64,000 nucleotides of DNA, taken from positions 30,703 through 94,702 of the IMG/VR virus record IMGVR_UViG_3300022468_000539; one strand, given 5' to 3'. A program made the translations under genes and the position numbers. The notes under the pieces are model-generated. The model saw nothing but the letters and a program-made list of their open reading frames with translations. It was not told where the DNA came from and did no database searches. Below are positions 35,480-45,904 of the stretch, piece by piece. Origin of the DNA: a virus. Lineage: Duplodnaviria > Heunggongvirae > Uroviricota > Caudoviricetes. Position 1 is the stretch's first letter; each line of letters starts with the position of its first letter.

Positions 35480-36898
35480 ATGTCAGTTGAAAACTTGATC
35501 TTTTCCCAACTCCTGTCTAACGAAGAATACGCAAGAAAAGTGCTTCCTCATTTGAAAGAGGAATACATGTCCACTAACGAAGCAAAGATTTTTCTGAAAA
35601 TCTATCACCGCTTCTTTTCGAAATACAACAAACCTCCAGCGAAGCAAAGCATGCTTCTGGAAATTGAAAAACTCAAGGCATCGGCTGACACATATCAGGC
35701 CATGGTTGAATTCGTTAACCACAAAGAAGAATTTACAGAAAGCCTCGAATACCTTGTAGATAAAACAGAAGAGTATTGCAAAGAACGTGCTTTGTACAAT
35801 GCTCTGCGCGATAGCGTTTTGATCATGGATGGGTCGAACGCAAAAGAGTCACGCACACCAGAAATGATCCCTAGTTTGCTCACTCAGGCACTGGCTGTCT
35901 GTTTTGATACTACCGTGGGTCACAACTATGGCGAAGATTATGAAGAGCGATATGAATACTACCATGATGATGTAGCACGTATCCCTACAGGCATTCCATA
36001 CATCGACAAGATCACACGTGGTGGATTCCCACGTAAAACATTGAACGTGTTGCTTGCGCCTCCGCACGGTGGTAAATCGTTTGCCATGGTGAACATGGCT
36101 GCTGGTGCATTGAAGCAAGGCCAAAACGTTTTGTACATCACAATGGAAATGGCTGAGAAAGAAATCGGCAAACGTTTCGATGTGAATTTGCTTGATGTTG
36201 ACTTTGATATGCTTGAAGATATCCCGAAAGATATTTACATGAAGAAGATGGCGAAACTCAAAACATCTTCCAATGGCAAGCTGGTGATCAAAGAGTATGG
36301 CACTGGTATGGCTAGTGCGGCTAACTTCCGTCAGCTTTTGAGCGAACTGAAGACCAAGCAGAATTTTGTTCCTGACTTGATTGTCATCGACTACATGAAT
36401 ATCTGCGCATCCGAGTTTTACAAGACTGGTAGCAATCACAATTCATACACAATCGTTGGCTCTGTCGGTAAAGAATTACGCGCACTTGCAAAAGAGGCAG
36501 ATGCTGCTATTCTGACTGCTACACAAACAAACCGTTCTGGTGTTGAATCAAGCGAACTGGACATGACCACAGTTTCTGACTCCGCATCTACAAGTATGAT
36601 TGCTGACTTTTTGTTGGGTGTGATCAATACCGGCGAACTGCGTGATTTGAATCAAATTCTGTTTGTTCAGATCAAGAATCGCTACGATGGTGTAAGCACT
36701 CACACTAAGCACATCATGGGAACCACATATTCGAAAATGCAAATGTATGATTTGGATGAAAACGTTGAGAAATTCACTCCAAAGAAAGCTGCAGCGAATA
36801 AGTTAAATAAGAAACCAGACTCCATACCAGTTGATATGAGTCACACAATTAAACCAACAACAGCGTCATTTGACGACTTCACATACGAAGATGAGTAA
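35480..36898 (+). CDS. 41: replicative DnaB-family helicase, T4 gp41-like
   Basis: GIPYIDKITRGGFPRKTLNVLLAPPHGGKS (Walker A); RecA-like core with the H3/H4 motifs. Confidence 0.75.
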   Translation: MSVENLIFSQLLSNEEYARKVLPHLKEEYMSTNEAKIFLKIYHRFFSKYNKPPAKQSMLLEIEKLKASADTYQAMVEFVNHKEEFTESLEYLVDKTEEYCKERALYNALRDSVLIMDGSNAKESRTPEMIPSLLTQALAVCFDTTVGHNYGEDYEERYEYYHDDVARIPTGIPYIDKITRGGFPRKTLNVLLAPPHGGKSFAMVNMAAGALKQGQNVLYITMEMAEKEIGKRFDVNLLDVDFDMLEDIPKDIYMKKMAKLKTSSNGKLVIKEYGTGMASAANFRQLLSELKTKQNFVPDLIVIDYMNICASEFYKTGSNHNSYTIVGSVGKELRALAKEADAAILTATQTNRSGVESSELDMTTVSDSASTSMIADFLLGVINTGELRDLNQILFVQIKNRYDGVSTHTKHIMGTTYSKMQMYDLDENVEKFTPKKAAANKLNKKPDSIPVDMSHTIKPTTASFDDFTYEDE

Positions 36899-37628
36899 TC
36901 TAGGTACTTTTGCAGAATTAATGCAGCAAGCGGCTAAACAAAAGGCCGATAAATTAGCTGCGGAAAAGGCGCGGAGAGAAAAAGAAGTAGCGCCTTTGCT
37001 TTCGGAATTGTTTAAGACAGTTAAGGAAGCAAAGGATGTTGTCAACAAAGAAGTCGTGGAAAAGCACGAAAAAGTTGTTGAACTGGTTAAGAACCTTGAA
37101 ACTAAGGTCGAGGAAGCCACCAAAACCACTCAGGAAGCGATTTCTGACGAAAGTGATAGCGAGGTACCAGAGCCTGATGAAAACGCTGTAATGCGCGTTA
37201 TAAAGCAGCTTCAAAAAGACTTTGCGGCACTCAAGCAACATGTGGATGCTGCAAAGCAACAGACTGCATCAGTTTCTTTTGGTGGTGGTGGTTCTGGTGA
37301 AGTTCAAATTACCCGAATGGATGACGTTGAAAAGGCCACTCCAAAAACAGGTGACACTCTTGTCTGGGATGAATCCTTGGGTAGGTTTGTTTACAAGCCA
37401 ATAAATACATCAGAGGAAGATATGCCATACGCTAAACGTGTAGATTTTGTTAACGATAGCTTGATTTACAAAGGTGAAGCACCTGTTGGGTCGTTTGAAA
37501 CTGATCCTGTCTGGAGAATTCACCGATTGGTTTTGTCACCGGATGGTGATTTAGTTGAAACATGGGCTAGTGGTGACGCTTCTTTTTCCTATTCATGGTC
37601 AGATAGAGCAACATACCCATATCAATAA
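36891..37628 (+). CDS. hypothetical protein (N-terminal K/E-rich coiled coil, Gly linker, C-terminal globular domain)
   Basis: ATG overlaps the gp41 stop (GATGAGTAA); 245 aa. Confidence 0.4.
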   Translation: MSNLGTFAELMQQAAKQKADKLAAEKARREKEVAPLLSELFKTVKEAKDVVNKEVVEKHEKVVELVKNLETKVEEATKTTQEAISDESDSEVPEPDENAVMRVIKQLQKDFAALKQHVDAAKQQTASVSFGGGGSGEVQITRMDDVEKATPKTGDTLVWDESLGRFVYKPINTSEEDMPYAKRVDFVNDSLIYKGEAPVGSFETDPVWRIHRLVLSPDGDLVETWASGDASFSYSWSDRATYPYQ

Positions 37629-37630
37629 AA

Positions 37631-38638
37631 ATGTCAGATAATATACAATTACCAAATAGCCAGATCGTCGCAGCGACAGACGATGTTAATGGCGTACAGT
37701 TCCAACGAGTCAAGCTGGCTCTTGGTTCTGATGGTGTTCATGATGGTGATGTGAACACATTCAATCCATTACCGGTTAAGCTGGATGCTGCGTCACTTGC
37801 TGCTTTGGAAAATATCACAGTTCACGTTGATAATCCATCAAATGCAGGTTTAACTGATGCACAGTTGAGAGCAGCACCACTCACAGTTTCTGTTGATAAT
37901 CAGTATGGTTTGACCAATACTCAGTTGCGGTCTGCTCCAATCGAAGTGAATGTGATGTCGGTTGAGACACAGCCACTACCATCTGGTGCTTCTACAGAAT
38001 TGACACTTGCTGGTCTGAAAACTGTTGTTGAAAACCTGAAGACAGTTATTGATACATTGAATGGTAAGATAACTGAAGTCAATACAAACGCAGTAACTGT
38101 GACCAATCCTACTGCGTTGGGATTAACAAATACTGAATTACGCTCTGCACCACTGGATTTACCAACTGGCGCATCAACTGAATCAACACTTTCAGCATTG
38201 AAAACTGCTATTGATTCATTAAATGCGAAAGTGACTGCTGTTAATACTGGTGCAGTGACGGTAACCAATCCAACTCCTGCAGGTCTAACGAATACTGAAT
38301 TACGGGCTTCCGAAATTCCGGTTGCTGATATTATCACTCAGAGTATTTTGTATGACATGGCTAATGTGACTGACGCTATTAAAGATATGTCTGATTCTAT
38401 GCTTTACATGCAATCTGCCATTCTTGAAAAGATGGGAAGATTAGATAGATTTGATCGAATGACTGTTCAAGTTTCTGATAGTGGTGGTAATGAAATTAAC
38501 TCACCTTATTATGGTGTTTCATTGAATTTTGCTGGTGAATCAAGTGGCGGTAGATCATATTCAAGAATTTTTGAACCATTTCAATTCTCAAACGTTGGCG
38601 CAAATCATCTTTACAATCAATTAACAATTACAGGCTAA
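37631..38638 (+). CDS. putative structural/fibre protein with ~60-aa internal repeats (GLTNTELRSAPL..)
   Basis: Three repeats of the LTxxQLRxAP...TVTNPT unit. Confidence 0.45.
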   Translation: MSDNIQLPNSQIVAATDDVNGVQFQRVKLALGSDGVHDGDVNTFNPLPVKLDAASLAALENITVHVDNPSNAGLTDAQLRAAPLTVSVDNQYGLTNTQLRSAPIEVNVMSVETQPLPSGASTELTLAGLKTVVENLKTVIDTLNGKITEVNTNAVTVTNPTALGLTNTELRSAPLDLPTGASTESTLSALKTAIDSLNAKVTAVNTGAVTVTNPTPAGLTNTELRASEIPVADIITQSILYDMANVTDAIKDMSDSMLYMQSAILEKMGRLDRFDRMTVQVSDSGGNEINSPYYGVSLNFAGESSGGRSYSRIFEPFQFSNVGANHLYNQLTITG

Positions 38639-38641
38639 GTC

Positions 38642-40339
38642 ATGGCAATCACTAATAATTTAAGAAAACTGGTTCATCGCAAATCTTGGGAACTGGTAAC
38701 ACCAGCTGTTTCAAACACCGGCAATGGATCATTTGTAGACACTATTAAAGACCCGACACATCCATTTTATAATATGGTGTTTTTTGTTAACGGTTCTTCC
38801 GGTATATATTTTTATGATGCCAATGAAGACGCTTGGCAACAGTTAATAAATTCCGGTATCACTGGTGCATTTGCTAGTGGTTCATGTGGTGATATGCATG
38901 AAATTGGAACAATGGGCGGTGTCCCTGTTCAAACTGCTACTGCAGGAACAACTTCTACTATTACAACCAATAGAACAATTGTCCGTTCCTTGGTAAATGC
39001 TAAAGTCCGTGTAATTGCCGGTGCCGGTATGGGTTATGAAGGTAAAGTATCAGCAAATACTATTGGTGCTAACGCTGTACTTACAGTAACTCCAGTATCT
39101 GGAACCGCCTTTAACTCAACAACTATGTTTGAGGTCTATTCTGGATCATTACAATTTTTTAATGCTGGATCAACTGCAGTTGGATATTCAATTTATGACA
39201 TTGCAACCAATACATGGACAGCAAAATCTGTTACAGGGTTACCAACCGCATTCGGAACTGATGGTCAATTAGTCACTACAACAAATATACCCGCTGCAAT
39301 TATAAATGGTACTGCAACTGCTGGTGCATCAACTACAATCACAACCAATAAAACTCTACTTCTCAATCAAGTTTCCAATTTTGCAATCCGTATTGTTTCA
39401 GGTACTGGTGCTGGTCAAACCAGAGTCATTGCATCTAACACTGCTGGTGCCAACTCGGTACTTACAACGTCATCTGCTACAACGGCACTTTCTGCAATGA
39501 CTCGCGCAGCAACTGGTATTGTTACTGCCACTGTTGCTTCTGCGGCAGCACCAAATTTGATCCCCGGTCGTGGCTACACGATTACCGCAGCAACTGACGC
39601 AACTTTCAACGCAACATACACGATCCTTACCATTTCAGGCACAACTGTGACTATGTTGGGTTCCAATACTACAGTTCAAGCCACTGTTCAAACTGGTACT
39701 GGACAAGACACATGGATTACAAACCCTGATGCAACATCTGTGTATGCTATTGAAGGTGATTATAATGCTACATATCTTGGTGGTAATGCTGCAGTAACAC
39801 TTTACAAATATAATATTGGAGCCAATACATGGACAACTGTTGCTCCAAGTGCCGCACGTTCCGGTGCATCGGGTGCAGGGTTTACAATGGATGTTGTTAA
39901 TTCAGTACCTAGTTGGACAGAAAGCACAATCGGAACGTCACTTCTTCAAACTGCCGGTATTGTAAAACAAAATGGTCGCTATATATACTCACTCCGTGGC
40001 TCTGGCAGCGCTATTTTAGATGTATATGATATTGCTCTGAATACTTGGATTTCAAGTGTTTCATATGGTAACCAGACAGAAACATTCAATACTGGTTCTG
40101 TTTCATGGGAAGATGATTCTAAGCTGTATATTCAAAAAGAAGGTACAGGTCGTGTTTTCCAATTTGATATTGATAAAAATGAATTAACACCTTTTGCAAC
40201 ACTGGTTTATCCACAATCAACAACTTCTGCTGGTGACAAAATGTTTACCAAGAAATTTGTTGATGGTGCAAACTCTGTGAACTTCTTCTATTCTATGTTC
40301 CATTCACGTGGTGAAATGGTTCGTATGATGGTGATCTAA
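38642..40339 (+). CDS. putative structural protein (Thr/Ala/Gly-rich, beta-rich)
   Basis: 565 aa with low-complexity T/A/G-rich segments typical of fibre or decoration proteins. Confidence 0.4.
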   Translation: MAITNNLRKLVHRKSWELVTPAVSNTGNGSFVDTIKDPTHPFYNMVFFVNGSSGIYFYDANEDAWQQLINSGITGAFASGSCGDMHEIGTMGGVPVQTATAGTTSTITTNRTIVRSLVNAKVRVIAGAGMGYEGKVSANTIGANAVLTVTPVSGTAFNSTTMFEVYSGSLQFFNAGSTAVGYSIYDIATNTWTAKSVTGLPTAFGTDGQLVTTTNIPAAIINGTATAGASTTITTNKTLLLNQVSNFAIRIVSGTGAGQTRVIASNTAGANSVLTTSSATTALSAMTRAATGIVTATVASAAAPNLIPGRGYTITAATDATFNATYTILTISGTTVTMLGSNTTVQATVQTGTGQDTWITNPDATSVYAIEGDYNATYLGGNAAVTLYKYNIGANTWTTVAPSAARSGASGAGFTMDVVNSVPSWTESTIGTSLLQTAGIVKQNGRYIYSLRGSGSAILDVYDIALNTWISSVSYGNQTETFNTGSVSWEDDSKLYIQKEGTGRVFQFDIDKNELTPFATLVYPQSTTSAGDKMFTKKFVDGANSVNFFYSMFHSRGEMVRMMVI

Positions 40340-40540
40340 TGCTTCTTATTTTACTTCATAGCTTTTTCTCAAAGCCAACAAGAATAGCGAAACAGAGACT
40401 TCTAAAGACATTTTCTAGTCTCTCTATTGTTGTCTCCTATCCTGAAATAAAACTATATAAACAATTTACAAAAAGTGACATAAAAGTGGGCTTGACAAAA
40501 GCCAAAATTGTACAAAAATACACATATATGCGAGTAGAAA

Positions 40541-40825
40541 TTGATTAATACTTTCGAACCAAAATTGGTCGGTAACACGATCACAATGACCACTAAGTTT
40601 TACGATTCTGCGAACACAGAAGTGATTCCAGATAGCGTGACTCTAAAGTACAAGAAACCAGATGGCACAGTGACAACTCAAGGTGTTTTGCTAGTTTCTG
40701 ATAAATACTCTTCATCAGTCTTGCTGAATGTAGCAGGTATTTGGTACTTCAGGTGGGAAAGTTCTGGTAACTACGCATCGGCTGAAGAGTTTAGTGTCAA
40801 CGTCAGACCTTCTGCTTTAGATTAA
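40541..40825 (+). CDS. hypothetical Ig-like small protein
   Basis: 94-aa ORF. Confidence 0.35.
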   Translation: MINTFEPKLVGNTITMTTKFYDSANTEVIPDSVTLKYKKPDGTVTTQGVLLVSDKYSSSVLLNVAGIWYFRWESSGNYASAEEFSVNVRPSALD

Positions 40826-40901
40826 ATAGATCAACATCATATTGTGGGTTTGCGCGATTCACAGTATTTCATAATGCATAGCGCGATTAAAGGAATTAAA
40901 A

Positions 40902-41282
40902 ATGGCCGTAACTTACTCTTCTACTACAAAACAAAACCGCATGAATGCTGTTGTGACTACTATTGGTGCCTCTGGTAAACTGAAGTTGTTCACTGCTGCT
41001 GATGCACTCTTGGCAACTTTCACTTTGGCTGCAACTGCTGGTACCGTTTCTGGTTCCACTTTGACTTTCTCTGATGCTAACGGTGCAACTGCAGGTATCT
41101 TGAATACTACTGCTTCTGCTGCGGGTACAGCAACCAAAGCATCTATTACTACATCGGCTGATGTGGATGTGATTACTGGTTTGACAGTGGGAACTACTGG
41201 TACTGATTTGGTGTTGGATAACAACGTGTTGGCATCTTCACAGGCTATCACAATCAACTCTGCAACTATCACTCACGCTTAA
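40902..41282 (+). CDS. hypothetical Ala/Thr-rich structural protein
   Basis: 126 aa. The antisense ORF 40913..41272 is a compositional mirror. Confidence 0.4.
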   Translation: MAVTYSSTTKQNRMNAVVTTIGASGKLKLFTAADALLATFTLAATAGTVSGSTLTFSDANGATAGILNTTASAAGTATKASITTSADVDVITGLTVGTTGTDLVLDNNVLASSQAITINSATITHA

Positions 41283-41288
41283 TAGATC

Positions 41289-41582
41289 ATGGCGTTTTCT
41301 ACAGGTACAGCAACGATTGATTTTGGGGCCAATCCGGGCTCCAATGAAGCGTCTGTTGCTGTCACTGGTCAGAGTGGTATCTTAGGCACCTCAAAGGTCG
41401 AAGCCTTTGTGATGGCAGACGACACAACTTCAGACCACACAGCAAACGATCATCGTTATCTTCCACAGTTTGTATCTTTCACTTGCTCTTCTCCGGTGGC
41501 AGGTGTTGGTTTCACAATCTATGGGCGTTCTATTCATAAAATGACAGGCACATATCAGATTCGTTTTGTGTGGTCTGACTAA
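41289..41582 (+). CDS. hypothetical protein
   Basis: 97-aa ORF. Confidence 0.35.
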   Translation: MAFSTGTATIDFGANPGSNEASVAVTGQSGILGTSKVEAFVMADDTTSDHTANDHRYLPQFVSFTCSSPVAGVGFTIYGRSIHKMTGTYQIRFVWSD

Positions 41583-41592
41583 GGATTAATAA

Positions 41593-43095
41593 ATGGCATT
41601 AGATTCTAATATTCGTGGTGTATCTTCCGGCGTTGGTGCTGAAGTTGATGCATCAAATCAACTGAAAGTTGCTTTGGGTACAGACCCAACAAAAGCAGGT
41701 TTTATTCGTAACGCTTGGCTGCGCGATTCAACAACTGCACGTGAGATGCGTGTAACAGAAGAGGGAGAAAGTTTCTCTGCGTCTGGTCGTCTTTTGTTCT
41801 ATTCGGATTTCAACGGTGCCACACTTTTGAATAACCAATGGAACACTCAAGCAACTACTATGGCTGTTGCTTTGTCTGGTGGTTTTGTTCGATTAAATTC
41901 AGGTTCTATTGTAACTACCAACACTGGTGTGGCAATTAACTCTGCTCGGACATTTTCATTGGAAGATGGTATTCAGCTACGAATAAAAGCAAAGATTCGA
42001 CATAGTAATGGTGCGATTGCTAATAAGCAGTTTGAATTTGGTGTTGGAATGTATCAAGTTGCCGCTAACCAAGCCGGTGCATCTACTGAATTTATTGGAT
42101 TCCGTTGGACACAGGCTGGTAACTTGATTGGTGTTATTGAGTATTCTACCGGTGGCGCACCTACTGCTCTCACTACTGGAACAACTATCAACGGTGGTGT
42201 ACCTTTGAGTGATAACGTGTCTCGTGAGTATGAGATTGTTATTTCTACATCAAGGGTTGAATTCTATATTGATGGAGTTTATCAATCCACTATTGAAGAA
42301 CCTGCGGATGGGCCAGGTTTACTGAAGGGTGCATCTTATCCTATATTGAATCGCTTGTTTATCACAACTGCGACTGCTCTAGCACCAGTGTTTGATATTA
42401 GTGATGTGACTGTTTTGAAAATCGGTGCTGAAGCTGATATTCCAATCAGCTATCGCCAAGCACTGATGGGTCGTCACTCGGCATATCCACAAACTGGTCT
42501 TACTGGTACTAACGGCAACACTGCTGTCGCTGTTGCTAATGCCACTGCTCCTACTGCCACTGCCGGTTCTAACACTGCTGCTGCATCTACTGGATTGGGT
42601 GGTTACTATGCGCTGACTGCTACTAACATTGGTACAGCAAATAATAACACAATAATCAATGCATTTCAAAATCCTGCAATTCCAATCACTGCTGGTGCAG
42701 GTACTCATGGTCGTAATTTGATTATCACCGGCATTCGTATTAGCCCAATGGTGGTTACTACTGCATTGACTGGTGGCGGTGCTGTTTTGAACTGGTTTGT
42801 GGCTGTTGGTAATACTGCCGTATCATACGCAACAACAGACGCTGCAGGTACTACTGCACTCGGTTCTAAGTCACCACGTATTATTCCATTGTCTGTTGTC
42901 GATAGCATTGCTGCTGCTGCTGCTGTCGGTGTTGTTGCTACTCGTGTGGGTGATAGTTACTATGCTCTGGAAACACCTCTGGTGGTGCATCCGGGCGAGT
43001 TTATTTCCGTTGGTGTTAGAACCATTCAAGCAACTGCTGCCGTGACTGCTGGTGTTATTAGTGGCGGTATCGGTTTCGGCGGTTATTGGGATTAA
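41593..43095 (+). CDS. putative structural protein (lectin/LamG-like middle region, Ala/Thr-rich C-terminus)
   Basis: 500 aa; no similarity to T4 gp23. Confidence 0.4.
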   Translation: MALDSNIRGVSSGVGAEVDASNQLKVALGTDPTKAGFIRNAWLRDSTTAREMRVTEEGESFSASGRLLFYSDFNGATLLNNQWNTQATTMAVALSGGFVRLNSGSIVTTNTGVAINSARTFSLEDGIQLRIKAKIRHSNGAIANKQFEFGVGMYQVAANQAGASTEFIGFRWTQAGNLIGVIEYSTGGAPTALTTGTTINGGVPLSDNVSREYEIVISTSRVEFYIDGVYQSTIEEPADGPGLLKGASYPILNRLFITTATALAPVFDISDVTVLKIGAEADIPISYRQALMGRHSAYPQTGLTGTNGNTAVAVANATAPTATAGSNTAAASTGLGGYYALTATNIGTANNNTIINAFQNPAIPITAGAGTHGRNLIITGIRISPMVVTTALTGGGAVLNWFVAVGNTAVSYATTDAAGTTALGSKSPRIIPLSVVDSIAAAAAVGVVATRVGDSYYALETPLVVHPGEFISVGVRTIQATAAVTAGVISGGIGFGGYWD

Positions 43096-43100
43096 TATAA

Positions 43101-45041
43101 ATGTCCCTGTTACTTGCAGGGTCGCAAGGCGGATCAGGTTCTGCAGTTAACGGGAACCTATCTGGTTTTGAGAGTGGAATAGATGTTTCGGCAATTGCGG
43201 GTAATACTTCAATTGCCGGTTCTTTTTCTGCAACTGAATCTGGTGTCGATTCGTCATCAATATCTGCGACTCTTTTAATATCATCTACAAGTTTCTCTGC
43301 ATCCGAAATTGGTTCGGATAGTTTAACTGCGTCTGTTGCATTGATAGTTGCTGGTAGCACAGTATTGACGGAAACTGGCAACGACACTGCGGTAATTTCT
43401 GCTAATGCAACAGCAACTGCATCAATTGCTATAAATGAAACTGGTTTGGACACAACATCCGGTTCTGGTGTTGCTAACATTACTGGATCATTGATTTCAA
43501 CAGACACTAATGATACTGCGACAATTTCCGGTGTGGTTCCTATTGTAGCAAATTTGGCTTCAAATGAAGCAGGAAATGATACACTTGCAGCTACAGGTTC
43601 GGTATTGATTTCTGCGTCATTGGCTGTATCCGAAGTTGGTTCTGATTCAGTATTAATGAGTGGTTCTGTTCCTGTCTCGGCTACTTTGGTAGCAACTGAA
43701 ACAGGTAACGACACAATTTTTATTTCTGCTTCTCAAGTAGCTGTAGGTGTATTTTCTTCAAGTGAAACTGGTACTGATACTGTTACATCATCTGGTAATG
43801 TCATCATTGTGGGAACAATTACATCTAATGAAACTGGTGTTGATATCAGCACAATTTCTGGTGGTGTTTTAGTTACAGGTTCCGAAATTGGTATTGAAAT
43901 TGGTAATGACACTGCAGCTTCTGGCGGATATGTTACTGCTACAGCTAGTGGAAATTGGCTTGAAACTGGTTCTGATAGTGCTGCTTCAAGTGGTGTGGTA
44001 TTAGCACTTGGTAATATACTGACTAATGAAATCGGAAGTGATGTTGCAGCATTTTCTGGCTCCACTTCACCGGTAGATCGATTCGGTACAATGATCAGTA
44101 ATGAATCTGGTGTTGACACTGCAGTTTCTACTGGTCTGGTATTTGTTTCTGGTTCTGCGGCTGGTACTGAAACTGACAGTGATTTGTTTGGTGTGACTGG
44201 CTCGGTAACTCCTGTTGGTTCGATGATTGCTACTGAAACCGGTAGTGACACATCAACTTTAATTGGCGTGGTTCCTGTGTCAGGAAATATCAATCAACTT
44301 GAAAGTGCTATTGATACACTTATTATTTCTGGTTCAGCTTTAGTCTCTGTTTCTTTTGCAGGTATTGAGACTGGCAATGATGCTATATTTGGTAATGGTA
44401 ATGCATTTGTATTAGCATCAGCTTTCTTAAATGAAACAGGTACTGATACAATTAGTTCTTTTGGTGGTGTTTCTATCACCAGTAGCGGTTCGATGACAGA
44501 GATTGGTTCTGATTCCATTGCGTCATCTGGTTATTCTGTTTCATCTGGTTCTGTTGGTGCCGTTGAATCTGGCTCTGATTCTTCTGGAATTATTGGTGTT
44601 GTTTATACTGTTGGCAATTTGAGTGCTACTGAAACTGGTAGCGACACATTTAGCTTGTCAGGCACATTTACACCAATCAATGGTACAATTGTTGCAGTTT
44701 CTAACGGTGTTGATGGTTTTGTTTCCGTTGGAAATTCCAGAGTCTCAATTACTGCACTTATTCAAGAGTCTGCAAATGACAGTTTTTACTGCGAAGGAAC
44801 ATCTGGTAACTCAGGCAGAATGGAAGTCATCGAAAGTTCTGATACAATATCACCTTTGGAGTTGGCGGATGCCTACTACAGGGATGGTAGATCGATGACG
44901 ATCAATAAATACATAGCAGGCGCGGGTAAGGTTTCTGGTGTTACTGGAACTCCCCACACACCACAGATACAGCAGATTTTGGATGATATTTTCGAAGACC
45001 CAAGATCGTTTACCCCGAAGAAATATATAGGATTGAAATGA
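43101..45041 (+). CDS. repeat protein: ~27 tandem copies of a 22-aa unit (E-T/S-G-x-D-T-x(3)-S-G-x-V-x(7))
   Basis: Periodicity is visible directly in the translation (..ETGNDTIFISASQVAVGVFSSS ETGTDTVTSSGNVIIVGTITSN ETGVDISTISGG..). The C-terminal 90 aa are non-repetitive. Confidence 0.55.
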   Translation: MSLLLAGSQGGSGSAVNGNLSGFESGIDVSAIAGNTSIAGSFSATESGVDSSSISATLLISSTSFSASEIGSDSLTASVALIVAGSTVLTETGNDTAVISANATATASIAINETGLDTTSGSGVANITGSLISTDTNDTATISGVVPIVANLASNEAGNDTLAATGSVLISASLAVSEVGSDSVLMSGSVPVSATLVATETGNDTIFISASQVAVGVFSSSETGTDTVTSSGNVIIVGTITSNETGVDISTISGGVLVTGSEIGIEIGNDTAASGGYVTATASGNWLETGSDSAASSGVVLALGNILTNEIGSDVAAFSGSTSPVDRFGTMISNESGVDTAVSTGLVFVSGSAAGTETDSDLFGVTGSVTPVGSMIATETGSDTSTLIGVVPVSGNINQLESAIDTLIISGSALVSVSFAGIETGNDAIFGNGNAFVLASAFLNETGTDTISSFGGVSITSSGSMTEIGSDSIASSGYSVSSGSVGAVESGSDSSGIIGVVYTVGNLSATETGSDTFSLSGTFTPINGTIVAVSNGVDGFVSVGNSRVSITALIQESANDSFYCEGTSGNSGRMEVIESSDTISPLELADAYYRDGRSMTINKYIAGAGKVSGVTGTPHTPQIQQILDDIFEDPRSFTPKKYIGLK

Positions 45042-45904
45042 CAGTAATTAAAACAGTAACAGAAGCATACATGCAAATGTATCAGATTATTTCTGAGGAA
45101 CTACACCCAGAAATTAAATCTATTCTCGATTCTGAGAGTATTCCTACACATCAAATCTTCAAATCAGTTTCTAAGAAATTGAGTGATTTGGGTAAACAAG
45201 GTCAAGACTCTGGTATCGAGAATAGTAAGCCTAAGAAAGGTTCCTCTCGTGCTGTCTACTTCCCAAAGGATCATAAAGAAATTACAGTTGATGGTACTAA
45301 GACCAAGACTCCAACTGCAATTAAAATTGCCTTTGAAGGTCAATTGGATAAACATCACGGCGAAGATACTTTGTTAGGTCAGGATCAAAACCGTCTTGAA
45401 TCTGATCATTACATCAATCGCCATTATGGTGTTTTGGGTCATGATGAAAATGGCAACTTCAAAACAAATCATGATGGTGTTTTGGCTCCAGTATTTGAAT
45501 CACATGCAGAAGGTCATCATCTGGAAATGGGCCGAGTTGAAAAGTACAACGCTAAAGACTTGGCTAACCATACAAAGAATAAAGAATTTCCAAAGGGTTT
45601 GACACATCATCAAATCATTGATTCAATGGAGTATGAACATAAGTGCGCTCATGGTCAGCATGCATTAGAACCAAAAGATCACGACAAGGTTATTGAACAT
45701 CCATATGTCAGTAACATGGTTAGCATGATGCATGATTCGGGAATGCATCCGGGCGATCTTGATCCACGAAATATGGGTGTGTATGTTCACCCTGTAACTG
45801 GTCATCGTCATCCTGTTATTATCGACTATGGTTTCTCGAACGATATTGCCAAAAAATATCGCAAAGCTCGCCATAATATGGCTTTCGGTAAAAATAACTG
45901 GTAA
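45038..45904 (+). CDS. histidine-rich protein (288 aa)
   Basis: 32 His including HH pairs and H-x-H-G runs (HHGED, HAEGHHLE, HKCAHGQH, HRHP). Confidence 0.45.
   Translation: MTVIKTVTEAYMQMYQIISEELHPEIKSILDSESIPTHQIFKSVSKKLSDLGKQGQDSGIENSKPKKGSSRAVYFPKDHKEITVDGTKTKTPTAIKIAFEGQLDKHHGEDTLLGQDQNRLESDHYINRHYGVLGHDENGNFKTNHDGVLAPVFESHAEGHHLEMGRVEKYNAKDLANHTKNKEFPKGLTHHQIIDSMEYEHKCAHGQHALEPKDHDKVIEHPYVSNMVSMMHDSGMHPGDLDPRNMGVYVHPVTGHRHPVIIDYGFSNDIAKKYRKARHNMAFGKNNW

Noticed and set aside
35849-36439. 196-aa minus ORF
   Set aside because: Antisense to the gp41 helicase gene.
40913-41272. 119-aa minus ORF
   Set aside because: Antisense compositional mirror of the Ala/Thr-rich plus gene.
41593-43095. 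Possible major capsid protein
   Set aside because: Of similar length to T4 gp23 but with no sequence resemblance. Kept as an unspecified structural protein. No capsid or portal gene could be supported in this window.
43058-44518. Long minus-strand ORFs 43058-43714, 43733-44293, 44294-44518
   Set aside because: Mirror ORFs generated by the 66-nt tandem repeats of the plus-strand gene 43101-45041. They carry a repetitive proline/valine/serine pattern and no start signals.
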